Source: Bacillota bacterium (lineage in GTDB: Bacteria > Bacillota > Clostridia > Ch29). From it: a DNA stretch of 64,000 nt. Every line of letters begins with the position of its first letter. The first letter of the stretch is position 1. Both the position numbers and the translations under genes were made by a program. Below, one piece after another: positions 20,132 to 31,512 of the stretch. The notes beneath the pieces were generated by a model. It saw only the letters and a program-made list of their open reading frames with translations, made no database searches and was not told where the DNA came from. Where the stretch lies: assembly GCA_040766775.1 (NCBI GenBank), contig JAXGPT010000002.1:34607-98606 (forward strand). Direction: 5' to 3'.

Positions 20132-22036
20132 AAAGGAAGATTTTTCGATGACTTCTTCCCACTCCGTGTACAGTGAATCCAGTTTATCACGGAGGCCTTT
20201 CAGCTTTTCGTTAAGCTCTTTTATTTTACCAGGGTCAGAATACGCCTCCGGCTGGCACAGGAGATGTTCCAGCCGGGTTATTTCTTCTTCTAACTCGTCA
20301 ATCTCCTTTTCCAGCCTGTCCAGTTTAAGTTTTTCCTGTTTCCTTTTTTCCCGCTCTTCCCTTTCCTTTTTTCTTTGATGTTTCATAGCCGTTTTTGTCG
20401 GGGAGGCTGTTTCGCTGATGCTTGCTTCTTCTTCCTGCTGCTGTTTTTTCATCCGGTAATAGCTGTAGCCTCCGTGGAAAAGGTTTATACCTTCCGGGGT
20501 AAGCTCGGCTGTCTTGCTGGTAACCCGGTCAAGAAAATACCGGTCGTGGGATATTACAAGGACCGTGCCGGTATAATTGCAAAGGGCGTCCTCCAGGGCA
20601 TGCCTTGACTTAATATCAAGGTGATTTGTGGGCTCGTCCAGCAGCAGCAGGTTTGACCGGGACAGCATGAGTTTCGCCAGGGCCACCCTGCTTCTTTCGC
20701 CTCCGCTTAGGCAGTCAATTGTCTTGTACACGTCATCGCCGCTGAACAAAAAGGCTGCAAGTACATTTCTTACCTGGGTGACCGGAAGGTCCGGGCTTTG
20801 GTCCCATACCTCGTCAAGCACCGAATTGGAAAGGTTAAGGTTCTCTTGCTGCTGGTGGTAGTACTCAATATTTGTATTATGGCCCTTTATGATGCTGCCC
20901 GAATCTGGCTGCAATAAGCCGGATATTATGTTAAAAAGGGTGGTTTCCCGATCCGTTGGGGCCAATTATTCCTATCCTTTCGCCCCGATAGACCTTTAAG
21001 TTTACGCCGTAAAACAATTGGCTGCCGGGGAAGGACTTGCAAACGTTCTCCAGCGACAGTACATTCCTTCCGCTTTAGCAAGCGGCTCAAGCTTTATCGA
21101 AATTCCTTCTGTTTCATGCAGGTTGATCCGGCATCTCAATACGGGACAGCAATTTTTCCCGGCTTTTAGCCCTTTTTATTGTTTTTTCCCTGTTATATGA
21201 CTTCAGCTTTTGTATAATTTCCCGCTGTCGGTCCATTTCACTTTGCCTGTTTTTAAAGTCCCTCAGCTGCAGTTCCATCATTACCTGTTTTTGCTTAAGG
21301 AAATCGGTGTAATTGCCCCTGGAACTGGTACAGGGCTGTATCGTCCAGTTCGAATATCCCGGTGCATACCTGTCCAGGAAATACCTGTCGTGGGAAATAA
21401 CCATCACCGCGCCCTCATAGCCGACGAGAAAGTTCTCCAGCCATTCCACCGCATTTAAATCCAGGTAGTTGGTGGGCTCGTCCAGCAGCAGCAGGTGATA
21501 TTTTTTGAGCAATAGTTCCGCCAGCGCGACCCGGGTTTTTTGACCGCCGCTTAGAAGTTCAACCGGCATTTTAAACTGGGCTTCTTCAATACCTAGCCCT
21601 AAGGGCACCCCATCTGGCTTTTGTATTCATAGCCCCCTCTTTCCGCGAACTCCTCGGTAAGGTCCCCGTATTCCTTCATAAGCTGTTCCAGGTCCCTGCC
21701 GGACGCCCTGGCCATGCGGGATTCCAGTTGGGATATTCGGATTTCCATTTCCAGAAGAAATGCGAAGTTTTTAACAAGATGCTCCCACACCGTTACCCCA
21801 GGGTTAAAATGGGGATGCTGGGGCAAAAGCCCTATGGTAGTATCCGCAGCGGTGTATATGCTTCCCGAATCCGGCTGCTCCAGACCGGAGATTATCTTGA
21901 AGAGGGTTGACTTGCCTGCCCCGTTGGCCCCTACCACGCCAATCCTGTCCCCGGGATGTATTCTAAAATTAATATTATTTAATATTGATTCTACACCAAA
22001 ACTTTTTGCTGATATTATTACATGACAGCAGTGCAA
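20081..22036 (-). CDS. ABC-F family ATPase (YdiF/Uup/EttA-like), two ABC domains + C-terminal coiled coil; frameshifted in this assembly
   Basis: Three consecutive minus-strand ORFs: 21599-22045 (domain 1: GANGAGKST), 21114-21608 (LSGGQKTRVALA...LLLDEPTNYLD), 20081-20965 (domain 2: LSGGERSRVALA..LLLDEPTNHLD..ISHDRYFLD + KE-rich coiled coil); TTG start with AAGGAG RBS. Confidence 0.75.
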
Positions 22037-22162
22037 TTCTTTCACTCCTTTTACAGGGGCAGTTGTTTAGCAACTATCGACTACCAACTAAAATGATATA
22101 TATCATTTTAACAAAATGGCAACTGATAATAAAGAAAACTGGGGTAAATGACCAGATTCTTA

Positions 22163-22192
22163 TTGGTAATTATTTAACAAACTGATATAATT
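22163..22192 (+). promoter_or_regulatory. Rex operator overlapping the rex promoter
   Basis: TTGGTAATTATTTAACAA (22163-22180) matches the Rex box TTGTTAA-N4-TTAACAA in 17/18 positions; followed by extended -10 TGATATAAT (22184-22192). Confidence 0.55.
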
Positions 22193-22254
22193 TAATTGAA
22201 GACTGGAAATAGATATTCATAGCAGCGGAATACTATGGGACGAGGAGGGGTAGA

Positions 22255-22890
22255 ATGGAGAAAATGAGAAGCAATATATCCATGGCTGTAATCAGGAGAT
22301 TGCCGAAATACTATAGATACCTCAATGAGCTGATGGAAAAGGGAGTGACAAGAATATCCTCTATGGAATTCGGGAGATCCTGGGATTACCGCTTCGCAGA
22401 TAAGACAGGACCTGAACTGTTTCGGCGGTTTCGGACAGCAGGGCTATGGGTACAACGTAAAGGAGCTTGTGGATGAAATTGCCAATATACTGGGCCTTAA
22501 CAAAACCAATAACGCGATAATAGTGGGTGCGGGCAACCTAGGCCAGGCTATTGCCAACTACAGCGGGTTCCGTGGCTCCGGTTTTATATTAAAAGGCATG
22601 TTCGATATAAACCCAAGACTGGTGGGTATAAGCATCAGGGACATTAAGATAATGGATATTGACGAAATGAGCGAGTTTATTAAAAAAGCCGGATATAAAT
22701 GTTGGCATAATATGCACTCTACGAGGCGCAGGAAGCCGCCGACAGGTTGACCGGCGAAGGGATTAAAGCAATATGGAACTTTGCACCCAGCGACCTGGAC
22801 GTGCCCGAGGATGTAATAGTGGAAAACGTTCACTTAAGCGAGAGCCTCATGGTCTTGGCGTACCTTATGAATCAGAGGGAGAACATGTGA
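22255..22890 (+). CDS. rex: Redox-sensing transcriptional repressor Rex (at least 3 frameshifts)
   Basis: IRRLPKYYRYLNELMEKGVTRISS; ...ITASQIRQDLNCFGGFGQQGYGYNVKELVDEI..IVGAGNLGQAIANY (Rossmann); C-terminal ..IKAIWNFAP..VENVHLSESL in a third frame. Confidence 0.8.
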
Positions 22891-22976
22891 GATAATAAAT
22901 AACATTAACAAGCAAATCGCGGCTGCCCGGAAACGGATTCAAGGCTGCGATTCGGTTTTTCATGGAAGTGAGGTAA

Positions 22977-23795
22977 GTGCCTATGCAGGTGGTATCCTTG
23001 GTTGGGTCCAGTGGGACCGGAAAGAGCTACAGGGCATTGATAGTAGCATATGAAAACGACATCGATTACCTGATTGACGACGGGTTGTTGATAAAGGGGA
23101 ACAAGATTGTTGCCGGGACCTCCGCGAAGAAGGAGAATACCAAAATAGCCGCGGTAAGAAGGGCTCTTTTCATGGAGCCTGCGCACAGGGAAGAGGTAGT
23201 GAAAGCCATTAAGGCCCTTGACCCCGATAGGATGTTAATACTGGGCACATCCGACGAAATGGTTGATAAAATAACCAGGGTCCTAGGCCTTAGCCCGCCC
23301 CAAAAAAGGCTGTACATTGAGGATATAGCCTCAGAGGAGGAGATAGAGCTTGCCCGGCACCAGCGGCGTTCAAAGGGCAAACACGTCATACCGGTTCCTA
23401 CTTTGGAAGTCAAAAAGGACTTTTCCGGGTATTTCCTGGATACCCTTAGAATATTCACCAGGAAGAGGGACGATTCCGTTACCGTTGACGAAAAAACTGT
23501 TGTGCGGCCGACGTACAGCTATCTCGGCAAGTATACCATATACGGCAGGGCTATTATTCAAATAGCCCGGGCGGCGGGCGAGAGGATTGAGGGGATAAAA
23601 AGGATTTTCAATACCGAAGTCGCCATCCATCCCAACGGAATAGTGATAAATACCGACGTGGCGGTGGTCTACGGTACCGCTATTATGGAGAAGATACCCG
23701 CCATGAAAAATGTCATCAAATCTGAGATTGAGCACATGACATCGCTCAACGTGCTGGCCATCAACGTTACGGTAAAGAGTTTGGTTATGGAATAG
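22977..23795 (+). CDS. Two-domain protein: N-terminal P-loop NTPase (GSSGTGKS) fused to C-terminal Asp23/Gls24-like domain
   Basis: Walker A at residues 9-16; C-terminal ~90 aa (TIYGRAIIQIARAAG..VAVVYGTAIMEKIPAMKNVIKSEIEHMTSLNVLAINVTVKSL) resembles the Asp23 family. Confidence 0.55.
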   Translation: MPMQVVSLVGSSGTGKSYRALIVAYENDIDYLIDDGLLIKGNKIVAGTSAKKENTKIAAVRRALFMEPAHREEVVKAIKALDPDRMLILGTSDEMVDKITRVLGLSPPQKRLYIEDIASEEEIELARHQRRSKGKHVIPVPTLEVKKDFSGYFLDTLRIFTRKRDDSVTVDEKTVVRPTYSYLGKYTIYGRAIIQIARAAGERIEGIKRIFNTEVAIHPNGIVINTDVAVVYGTAIMEKIPAMKNVIKSEIEHMTSLNVLAINVTVKSLVME

Positions 23796-24019
23796 AAAGA
23801 ACGGGACCTGTACCGCGGGTCTTTTTTTTTAACCTACATAAAACCTACAGAGATATACTGTTTACAACTATTTTTTAAGGTTTACAATTATTTTTAATAT
23901 GTTATAATTCAAATTGGAGGACTGCCTGTTGTATAATATGGTAGTTTCCCTGAAAACTATAATAGTCAAGCGCTTTTGTTTAGTACTTATCAAAATATAA
24001 TAAGAGGAGGTCATGTGTA

Positions 24020-25271
24020 ATGGCAGAAAAAACTATGAACCCCTTTGAAATTGCCCAGAAGCAAATAAAAGCTGCATGCGACAAACTGGGCGCCGAGCCG
24101 GCTGTATACGAGATTTTGAAACAGCCCATGAAGGTTGTGGAAGTGAGCATCCCTGTGAAGATGGACAACGGCGAGGTAAAAACCTTCATAGGCTACAGGT
24201 CACAGCATAACGACGCCATTGGTCCGGCAAAGGGCGGAATAAGGTATCATCAGGACGTTAACATGGACGAAGTAAAGGCCCTGTCAATGTGGATGACATT
24301 CAAGTGCGGTGTAACGGGTCTTCCTTACGGTGGAGGCAAAGGCGGAATTGTTGTTGACCCGACCCAGCTGTCCCAAGGCGAACTCGAAAGGCTGTCCAGG
24401 GGTTACATAAGGGCCATAGCAAATTTCATCGGTGACAATAAAGATATTCCAGCCCCCGATATGGGCACCAACGCCCAAGTCATGTCCTGGATGATTGACG
24501 AACTCGTGCCGTTATAAGGGGATACAAACGAGTTTGGCGCTATAACCGGAAACCGGTGGGCTTTGGCGGCTCGCTTGCAAGGACCGAAGCGACAGGCTAT
24601 GGTATTGCCAATATGGCAAAAATGGCCGCCGACAAAGTAGGGGTGAAATTTGAAGGCGCAAGAGTAGCGGTACAGGGCTTCGGTAACGGTAGAAGCTTTA
24701 CCTGCAAATACTTAAGCGAACTTGGAGCAAGTGGTTGTATTTCGGACGTCTCCTGTGCGCTGTATAATGAGGACGGTATAGACGTAAAAGCATTGATGGA
24801 ATATGCAAAGGGCAATAAATTCCTAATAACCGGTTTCCCGGGCGCCATGAGCTTCCAGGGAAGATATACTGGGCATGGAAGTGGACATCCTGCTCCCTGC
24901 GCTATGGAAAACCAACTGACCGCCGAAACCGCAGGCAATGTCAAGGCTAAACTGGTGAAGCTGGAGAGCCAAACGGCCCGACCACACCCGAAGGGGACGA
25001 GGTCTTTAAACAAAGAGGAATACCGGTGTTCCCGGATATACTGTGCAATTCCGGAGGAGTTGTAGTATCCTACTTCGAATGGGTACAGAACCTGCAGAAC
25101 TACTACTGGACCTTCGAAGAGGTACAGGAAAAACAGATCATAAAGATGAAAGAGGCCTTCGACGCCATATGGGCGCTTAGGGAAGAGAAAAACGTCGATA
25201 TGCGAACCGCAGCTTACATGATTGCCATCAAGAGGGTTGCGTATGCAATGAAGCTGCGCGGCTGGATCTAG
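24020..25271 (+). CDS. gdhA: NAD(P)-dependent glutamate dehydrogenase (at least 3 frameshifts)
   Basis: [25 protein letters not shown], ..[14 protein letters not shown].., ..VAVQGFGN.., C-terminal [20 protein letters not shown] spread over three frames. Confidence 0.8.
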
Positions 25272-25342
25272 AGAAGGACAGTTAAGGGACAAGGGGACAA
25301 GGGACGGTTCTTTGTCCCAAAAAGCAGCGTAAAAACGGGGCG

Positions 25343-25370
25343 GGGCAGACCGATCGGTCTGCCCTATTTT
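25343..25370 (+). terminator. Intrinsic terminator of gdh (insertion target of intron copy 2)
   Basis: gggcagaccgatcggtctgccc hairpin followed by TATTTT. Confidence 0.7.
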
Positions 25371-27298
25371 ATGTTCGCCTGACATGGGCAGTAACTAGGC
25401 GGTGAAAGTCCGCTATGGGCTTGGTAGTGGGAACCATTAGCTAAACAGCAAGGGTGTTCACCGTGAGGTGAAATCTGGAGGAAGCTGCGGCAGGCAAAAA
25501 AAGTCCCGGCACCCCTGACGACAGGAACTGCATACAAGGCATACGTGGAACGGACGAGTTTGCATAACAAAACGAAGTCCAACACTACCCGAATTCCACG
25601 GTGTAAATGCAGCGGTGACATGGGATGAAAGTTACTGTTCTTAATCGGGAGGTCTGGCAGGTACGTCAGGCAGGGAATGAATTTTCCCCATGATAACCAT
25701 GCAGCGATGTATGGCTGATTGTCAGAAGTCAGCAGAGGTCATAGTACCATACCGGATATATACGGAATGGGAAGGACCGAACGGAAGGATGTTTTGCATT
25801 GTGAAGCACACTACGAAATGCGATGAGCGCAGCCAACTTCATACTGAAGACTACCTGTGTGAGGATAGGGTGGAACCCGAAAGAAGCATGGGATAAAGAG
25901 AGTATTTCGTTTACGTCTTCCAAAGACCAAAACGATGGCAATGAGTATGCCGGAAGCTTGCCGATAAAATACTTGACCGAGACAACATGAACAAGGCATA
26001 CAAGAGGGTTAAGTCAAACAAAGGCAGCCATGGAATTGATGGAACGACAGTAGATGAACTTCTACAGTTTCTGAAAGAAAAATGGTGAGCAAATCAGCAG
26101 CAGCAGGTATCCGGGAGAGGGTACTTACAAGCCAAAACCCGTGCGGCGGATAGAGATACCAAAGCCGGGCGGCGGCAAAAGACTACTTGGCATACCAACA
26201 GTAGTGGACAGAGAGTGCAACAGGCAATAGCCCAGGTATTAAGCCCAATCTTTGAGAAGCAGTTCTCGGAATTGAGCTAGTGGGTTCAGGCCGGGAAGGG
26301 ACGCAAAACAGGCGGTATTGAAATGCAAGGAATACAGAAGCAGGCTACGACTAAGGATATTGACCTTGCGAAATACTTTTGATACCGTAAACCACGACAA
26401 ATTGATGGGCCTAATCCATAAAACCGTTAAGGATAGGGGGAGTAATATCACTTATCCGCAAATTCCTTCAATCAGGAGTAATGATAAATGAGTAGTGGTG
26501 GAAACGGAAGAGGGCTGTCCGCAGGGCATTCCCTTAAGCCCGCTGCTATCCAATATCATGCTGAATGAACTGGATAAGGAACTAGAAAGAAGGGGGCTTA
26601 AATTCTGCCGGTACGCCGATGATGTAAACATATACGTCAGAAGCAGGAAGGCAGCAGAAAGGGTAATGGGCCAGTGTTACACGGTTTATCGAAGACGATT
26701 TAAAAACTTAAGGTAAACCGTGAAAAGAGCAATTGCTGATAGGCCATGGCGGCTGAAATTTTTAGGTTTCTCCTTTTACCGTAAAGATAGTGGTATAGGG
26801 ATAAGGGTGCACCCAAGGTCACTAGCGAAGTTTAAATCCAAGCTAAAGGAGATAACCTCAAGGAGGCAATGCTATGAGCATGGAATACAGGATATTTAAA
26901 CTGAACCAGAGCATTACCGGCTGGGTAAAGTCACTTTAGCCTGGCGGACATGAAAGCAATAGCTGCTAAACTTGACGGGTGGATAAGGCGCAGGATAAGA
27001 ATGTGCTACTGGAAACAGTGGAAGAAAGTTAGTACAAAGCAACAGAAACCTTGTAAGGTTAGGTATAGACAACTACAAGGCATGGCAGTATGCCAACACG
27101 AGGAAAAGCTTACTGGCACACACAATAGCTTTATCCTGATAAATCCATCACCAATGAATACCTAAAAAGTTTGGGTCTAAAGTCAGTATCCGAAAGATAT
27201 TCATTAGTCCATTAATATCTTTTCGAACCGCCGTATGCCGGACGGCACGTACGGTGGTGTGAGAGTGACGGTGGGGTTAATCATCCCTCCTACTCGAT
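25371..27298 (+). mobile_element. Group II intron copy 2 (class-C-like; inserted right after a terminator); RT ORF decayed but keeps YADD
   Basis: Same 5' end as copy 1 directly after the T-tract; RT pieces include ..EGCPQGIPLSPLLSNIMLNELDKELERRGLKFCRYADDVNIYV..; multiple frameshifts; 3' end ...ctactcgAT. Confidence 0.8.
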
Positions 27299-28312
27299 TT
27301 CCTCAACCTTTACTTCGTATGTTTTACCGTTTATTTTAAACCTTAATAGTCTTGTGGAAACCACCTCGCTGGACACACAGGTCTTTTTGATTGCGGATAT
27401 TTTATCCTCCATCTCGCGTATCAGCTGCTGTGCCTCGGGTACCGTCACCTTTACAAACCTTATTTTGTCCCCGGGTTTTGCCTGGGCAATCCTGGGCAGG
27501 TCCGCCCAAATGACGTTTTGCAATCTTGGTATAACCCCCGGTGGTTTGCCGATCGGCCAGCATAATTATTGGCTGCCCGTGGCCCGGCACCTGGACAGCA
27601 CCCATTGCTATTCCGTCCGAAATGATATCCCCGCCCTTGACGTGCTCGATATTTTGCCCTTTAACCTATATCCCATCCTGTCACATTCATTGGTTACCCT
27701 CGTAATAATCAGAGAGGAAGGTATTTATACCATCAATGGTAAAACAGTCCTCCTGGGGGCCTAAAGTAACCCTTAGTTCCAGTGTGGTGGAATATTCGGG
27801 AACAAATTCCGCAGGCGCCTACCCCCAGCCTGGCTGGACTTCGATAGATGCCAACCTCAAGTATGTCCCCCGCTTTTAAAGGTCTGCCCTTAAAACCGCC
27901 GATTTTTCCCCTGGTATAAGTGGATTTGCTTCCCATAACCTCGGGAACTTTTATGCCGCCGGAAAAGGCTATATAGCTCCTGCACCCCGACCAGACCCCT
28001 GAAAGGAAAGTTTGATCCCTTATTTACAATAATGCTTTCCCACATGGGTACCGCTCCGTCGTTTATTACCGGGGACAGGTTGCCGCCGGTGATGGCTATG
28101 GCCATCTGGTCCATAAATTCAATTTGGGGGCCCATCATGGTGGCTTCCAAAACTGCTTCCAGTTCGTCATTCCCCACCAGTATGTTGCTTACCCTGTGGG
28201 AGAAGGTATCCATTACACCGGAAACGGGAACACCATACTGCTGATACCCGTATCTTCCGCTGTCCTCAATCAGCGTTAAAAGGCCCGGGTTTATTATTTT
28301 TACGTTTCCCAT
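27290..28312 (-). CDS. pxpC: 5-oxoprolinase subunit C (PxpC/KipA family), frameshifted
   Basis: N-terminus MGNVKIINPGLLTLIEDSGRYGYQQYGVPVSG..; GQPIIMLADRQTTGGYTKIA and VIWADLPRIAQAKPGDKIRFVKV in other frames; stop codon lies inside the intron 3' end. Confidence 0.7.
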
Positions 28313-28314
28313 TA

Positions 28315-29100
28315 TTGGCCGCCCCCTTTCCCGGTATGGATGGTATACTTATAGGTCCCCTTTTCCACTTCTTCCTTTATCCCGTCATATTCCTCCCGGT
28401 CAATCCTTTTAAACCGGATGTAGTTTCCTGCTTTCAGCAGTATTGATCTTTCCATTGGGCTTCAGAAAAGCTTCAGCGGCGTTCACCAATAATCTGCCAC
28501 CCCCCGGGGCTTTCTATCGGATAAACCCCTTGTCTGGGTCGCGGCAATTCCTACCGACCCCGCGATTATTTTGGTTCTCGGGGGTGCTGGCTCTGGGCGT
28601 AGCAATCCTTTCATCCATGCCGCCCAGGTAGGGGAATCCCGGCGTGAATCCCAGCATATAAATCCATGAAGTCCCTTTGAGGTGTGGATTTCTACCACCT
28701 GCTCAACCGTTAGTCCATTGTGTTTTGCAACGTTTTCTATGTCCGGCCCGAATTCACCGCCGTAGATTGTTGGTATCTCGTAGGTGCAGGGTGATGGCAG
28801 GTCTATGTTTTCCAGCTGTTCTTCCAGCGACTTAAGCCTGTCCAGCTTTTTTTTTTTGCATCGTACCCGATTTTCATTGGGTCGCGCACCATCAGTGACC
28901 TGTGGTAGGTACCGTTTCGGTTATGCCTTCAATTTTGCTGTTTTCTATGGCAATTCCCATGGACCGTATCTTTTTATTGATTTCCTCCGAGATGGAATTT
29001 CCAAACTCCATTACCAGCGCCCTATCCCCGGCTGCCAGGTATTTAGCCTGCTTATACAATTTGCTCCCCCTGACTTATCCCTTATATGTTGGTAAGGCAT
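28315..29100 (-). CDS. pxpB: 5-oxoprolinase subunit B (PxpB/KipI family), frameshifted; 5' limit approximate
   Basis: C-terminus ..LLKAGNYIRFKRIDREEYDGIKEEV..GGQ* ends 3 nt before the pxpC ATG; upstream part broken over frames. Confidence 0.45.
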
Positions 29101-29173
29101 CCGGCCGTATCCATCCTGCCGGTGCTTCCGGATGCCTTACCAGTACGAGAAATCCGGCAGATGTATACCGGGC

Positions 29174-30391
29174 TTACCTTGGTATAAGTTGTGCCATATT
29201 CCGAAGGGACAGTATTCCCGAATACCCGGCCACCAGCACTATTATTACTCCAAATACCAGCAGCCATGTCGGATGATGGTAGTCCCCGACAATATCCTTT
29301 CTCCTGGAAGCCAGCAGCATGGTCCCCAGGGTTACCGGCAGGATAAGCCCGTTAAGGGAACCCGCCAGGATAAGCAGCTTGGCCGGGCTGCCCACCAGCA
29401 CCATTATAAGCGTGGAGGCTATAATAAAGCCGCAAATAACGTATTTTTGATTTTTTTCTATAAATGTGTTCAACGTTTTAAGGAAGGAGACTGATGTAAA
29501 AGCCGCTCCTACCACCGAGGTGATACCCGCCGCCCAAAGGACTATGCCGAAGAACCTGTATCCTAAGTTCCCGGCACCGTGCTGGAAAGCCGAAGCTGCC
29601 GGGTTGGACGGGTCAAGGGCCGCTCCCTTGGAGACAACCCCCAATATGGCCAGGAACAACAGGATACGCATGATGGTCGCAATAAGGATGCCCGTTATTG
29701 AACTCCTGGTGATCTGGTCCAAGTTTTCCTTTCCGGATATGCCGGCGTCAAGCAACCTGTGGCCGCCGGAAAAGGTTATGTAACCTCCCACAGTTCCACC
29801 CAACAGCGTGATGATAGGGAAAAGCAGCGCACCCGGGTTTTCGGGGGCGACGCTTCTTAAAAGGGCTTCCCCTGCCGGGGGTTTGGTTGTGATTGTAACA
29901 TAGCCCACTATTACAATCATAAGCACACCGAGTATCTTGGTGAACTTATCCATAACTGGGCCTGCATCCTTGGACAGGAAAATCAGGATACCTATTACAC
30001 CACAAGCCAGGGCTGCGAAATCCGTATTTATCCCCAAAAGCGCATTCAGACCAAGGGAAGCTCCGCCGATGTTTCCTATGTTAAATGCCAGTCCGCCCAA
30101 GGCCACAAGAATTGCCACAAAATATCCAAGGCCGGGCAGCACTTTGTTTGCAATATCCTGGCCTCTTAATCCTGAAATGCCTATAACTCTCCATACGTTC
30201 ATCTGAGCGCCCAGGGCGAGAAGGATGGAAAACAGTATTACAAAGGCAAAATCTGCCCTATACTGCTCGGTGAAAGCTGCGGTCTGGGTTAAAAAACCCG
30301 GTCCTATCGCGGAAGTGGCCATCAGAAAGGCTGCTCCAAGCAGCGCGCTGGCCTTTTTCTTAAGGTCCGATTCCTTTTTGTTAGAACCCAT
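29174..30391 (-). CDS. NRAMP-like membrane transporter (YcsG-like) in the pxp operon
   Basis: 405 aa, ~11 TM segments; position matches B. subtilis ycsF-ycsG-kipI-kipA. Confidence 0.65.
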   Translation of the reverse strand: MGSNKKESDLKKKASALLGAAFLMATSAIGPGFLTQTAAFTEQYRADFAFVILFSILLALGAQMNVWRVIGISGLRGQDIANKVLPGLGYFVAILVALGGLAFNIGNIGGASLGLNALLGINTDFAALACGVIGILIFLSKDAGPVMDKFTKILGVLMIVIVGYVTITTKPPAGEALLRSVAPENPGALLFPIITLLGGTVGGYITFSGGHRLLDAGISGKENLDQITRSSITGILIATIMRILLFLAILGVVSKGAALDPSNPAASAFQHGAGNLGYRFFGIVLWAAGITSVVGAAFTSVSFLKTLNTFIEKNQKYVICGFIIASTLIMVLVGSPAKLLILAGSLNGLILPVTLGTMLLASRRKDIVGDYHHPTWLLVFGVIIVLVAGYSGILSLRNMAQLIPR

Positions 30392-30407
30392 TTACTATCC
30401 CTCCATT

Positions 30408-31187
30408 CTACTTAATAAAATTTGAAACGGCGGTTACTTCTACACCTTCCTGTTCCAGCCTGGCTCTTATTCTTTTTGTGAACTCCACCGCTTCCGGATT
30501 ATCGCCGTGAACACAGATTGAATCTGCCTTGATTTCGATATCCTCGCCGTTCACGGCCTGTACCTTTCCTTCCTTTACCATGCGTACCACCCTGGAGATG
30601 GCAAGGTCTGCATCGTGAATCACCGCCCCTGGGAGCTTCCTGGATACCAGCGTCCCGTCGGGGTTGTAGGCCCGGTCGGCAAACACTTCGTTGGCTGTCT
30701 TAAGCCCCATTTCCTTCCCGGCATTGATCATTTCGCTGTTGGCCAACCCCATCAGAATGATGTTTCGGTCCACTTCACGGATTGCCTCGGCTATGGCCGC
30801 CGCCAGCTTGGCATCCTTTGCCGCCATGTTGTACAATGCACCGTGGGCCTTAACGTGCTGAATGGCGGCTCCGCTTGCCTTTGCGAAGGCCATTAGGGCT
30901 CCCAACTGGTATTTGACGTATGCCTTTACCTCCTCCGGTGTGGCGGCCAGATTCCTCCTGCCAAAACCCAAAAGGTCCGGGAATCCGGGATGGGCTCCTA
31001 TGGCCGTTCCTTCACGGAGTGCAGCTTTTACCGTCCTGTCCATTACCAGCGGGTCCCCTGCATGCCATCCGCAGGCGATGTTTACCGATGTAACGTGTTT
31101 TATAACCTGGTCGTCCATTCCCAAAGTGTAACTGCCAAAACTCTCTCCAAGGTCGCTGTTTAGGTCCACTCTAAAAATGCTTATCAC
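30408..31187 (-). CDS. pxpA: 5-oxoprolinase subunit A (PxpA, LamB/YcsF family)
   Basis: [11 protein letters not shown]...[11 protein letters not shown]...[15 protein letters not shown] motifs. Confidence 0.85.
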   Translation of the reverse strand: MISIFRVDLNSDLGESFGSYTLGMDDQVIKHVTSVNIACGWHAGDPLVMDRTVKAALREGTAIGAHPGFPDLLGFGRRNLAATPEEVKAYVKYQLGALMAFAKASGAAIQHVKAHGALYNMAAKDAKLAAAIAEAIREVDRNIILMGLANSEMINAGKEMGLKTANEVFADRAYNPDGTLVSRKLPGAVIHDADLAISRVVRMVKEGKVQAVNGEDIEIKADSICVHGDNPEAVEFTKRIRARLEQEGVEVTAVSNFIK

Positions 31188-31512
31188 CTCCTTTTAGAAA
31201 ATTTTGAAAGCCCGGTTTCTATGAGTATTGAGTATTATGAAGGGAGAACAAAATACCGGGAACTCTCCTTGTCTATAATATGCGCAAAAGAAATGTTAAT
31301 ATATTCAATTCTAGAATTATTTATGATAATTTTGACATTAATTATCTAATTTGTTAAATATACTCACCCCTTGACAATTCCCAACGTGATGGTATTATAT
31401 GTATCCAAGGATTGGTTGCGGGCAGGGCCGGGCAAGGGACGGTCACTTGGGCGAGAGACGGTCATCTGGCCGGCGGATAAATCAGTTGCATTTTTCAAAG
31501 GAGGATTGAAAA

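Noticed and set aside
24020-25271. Calling gdh, secA, groEL, purL and the others true pseudogenes
   Set aside because: Essential genes cannot be pseudogenes; the frame-compensating pattern points to assembly indels, so they are reported as CDS with a caveat.
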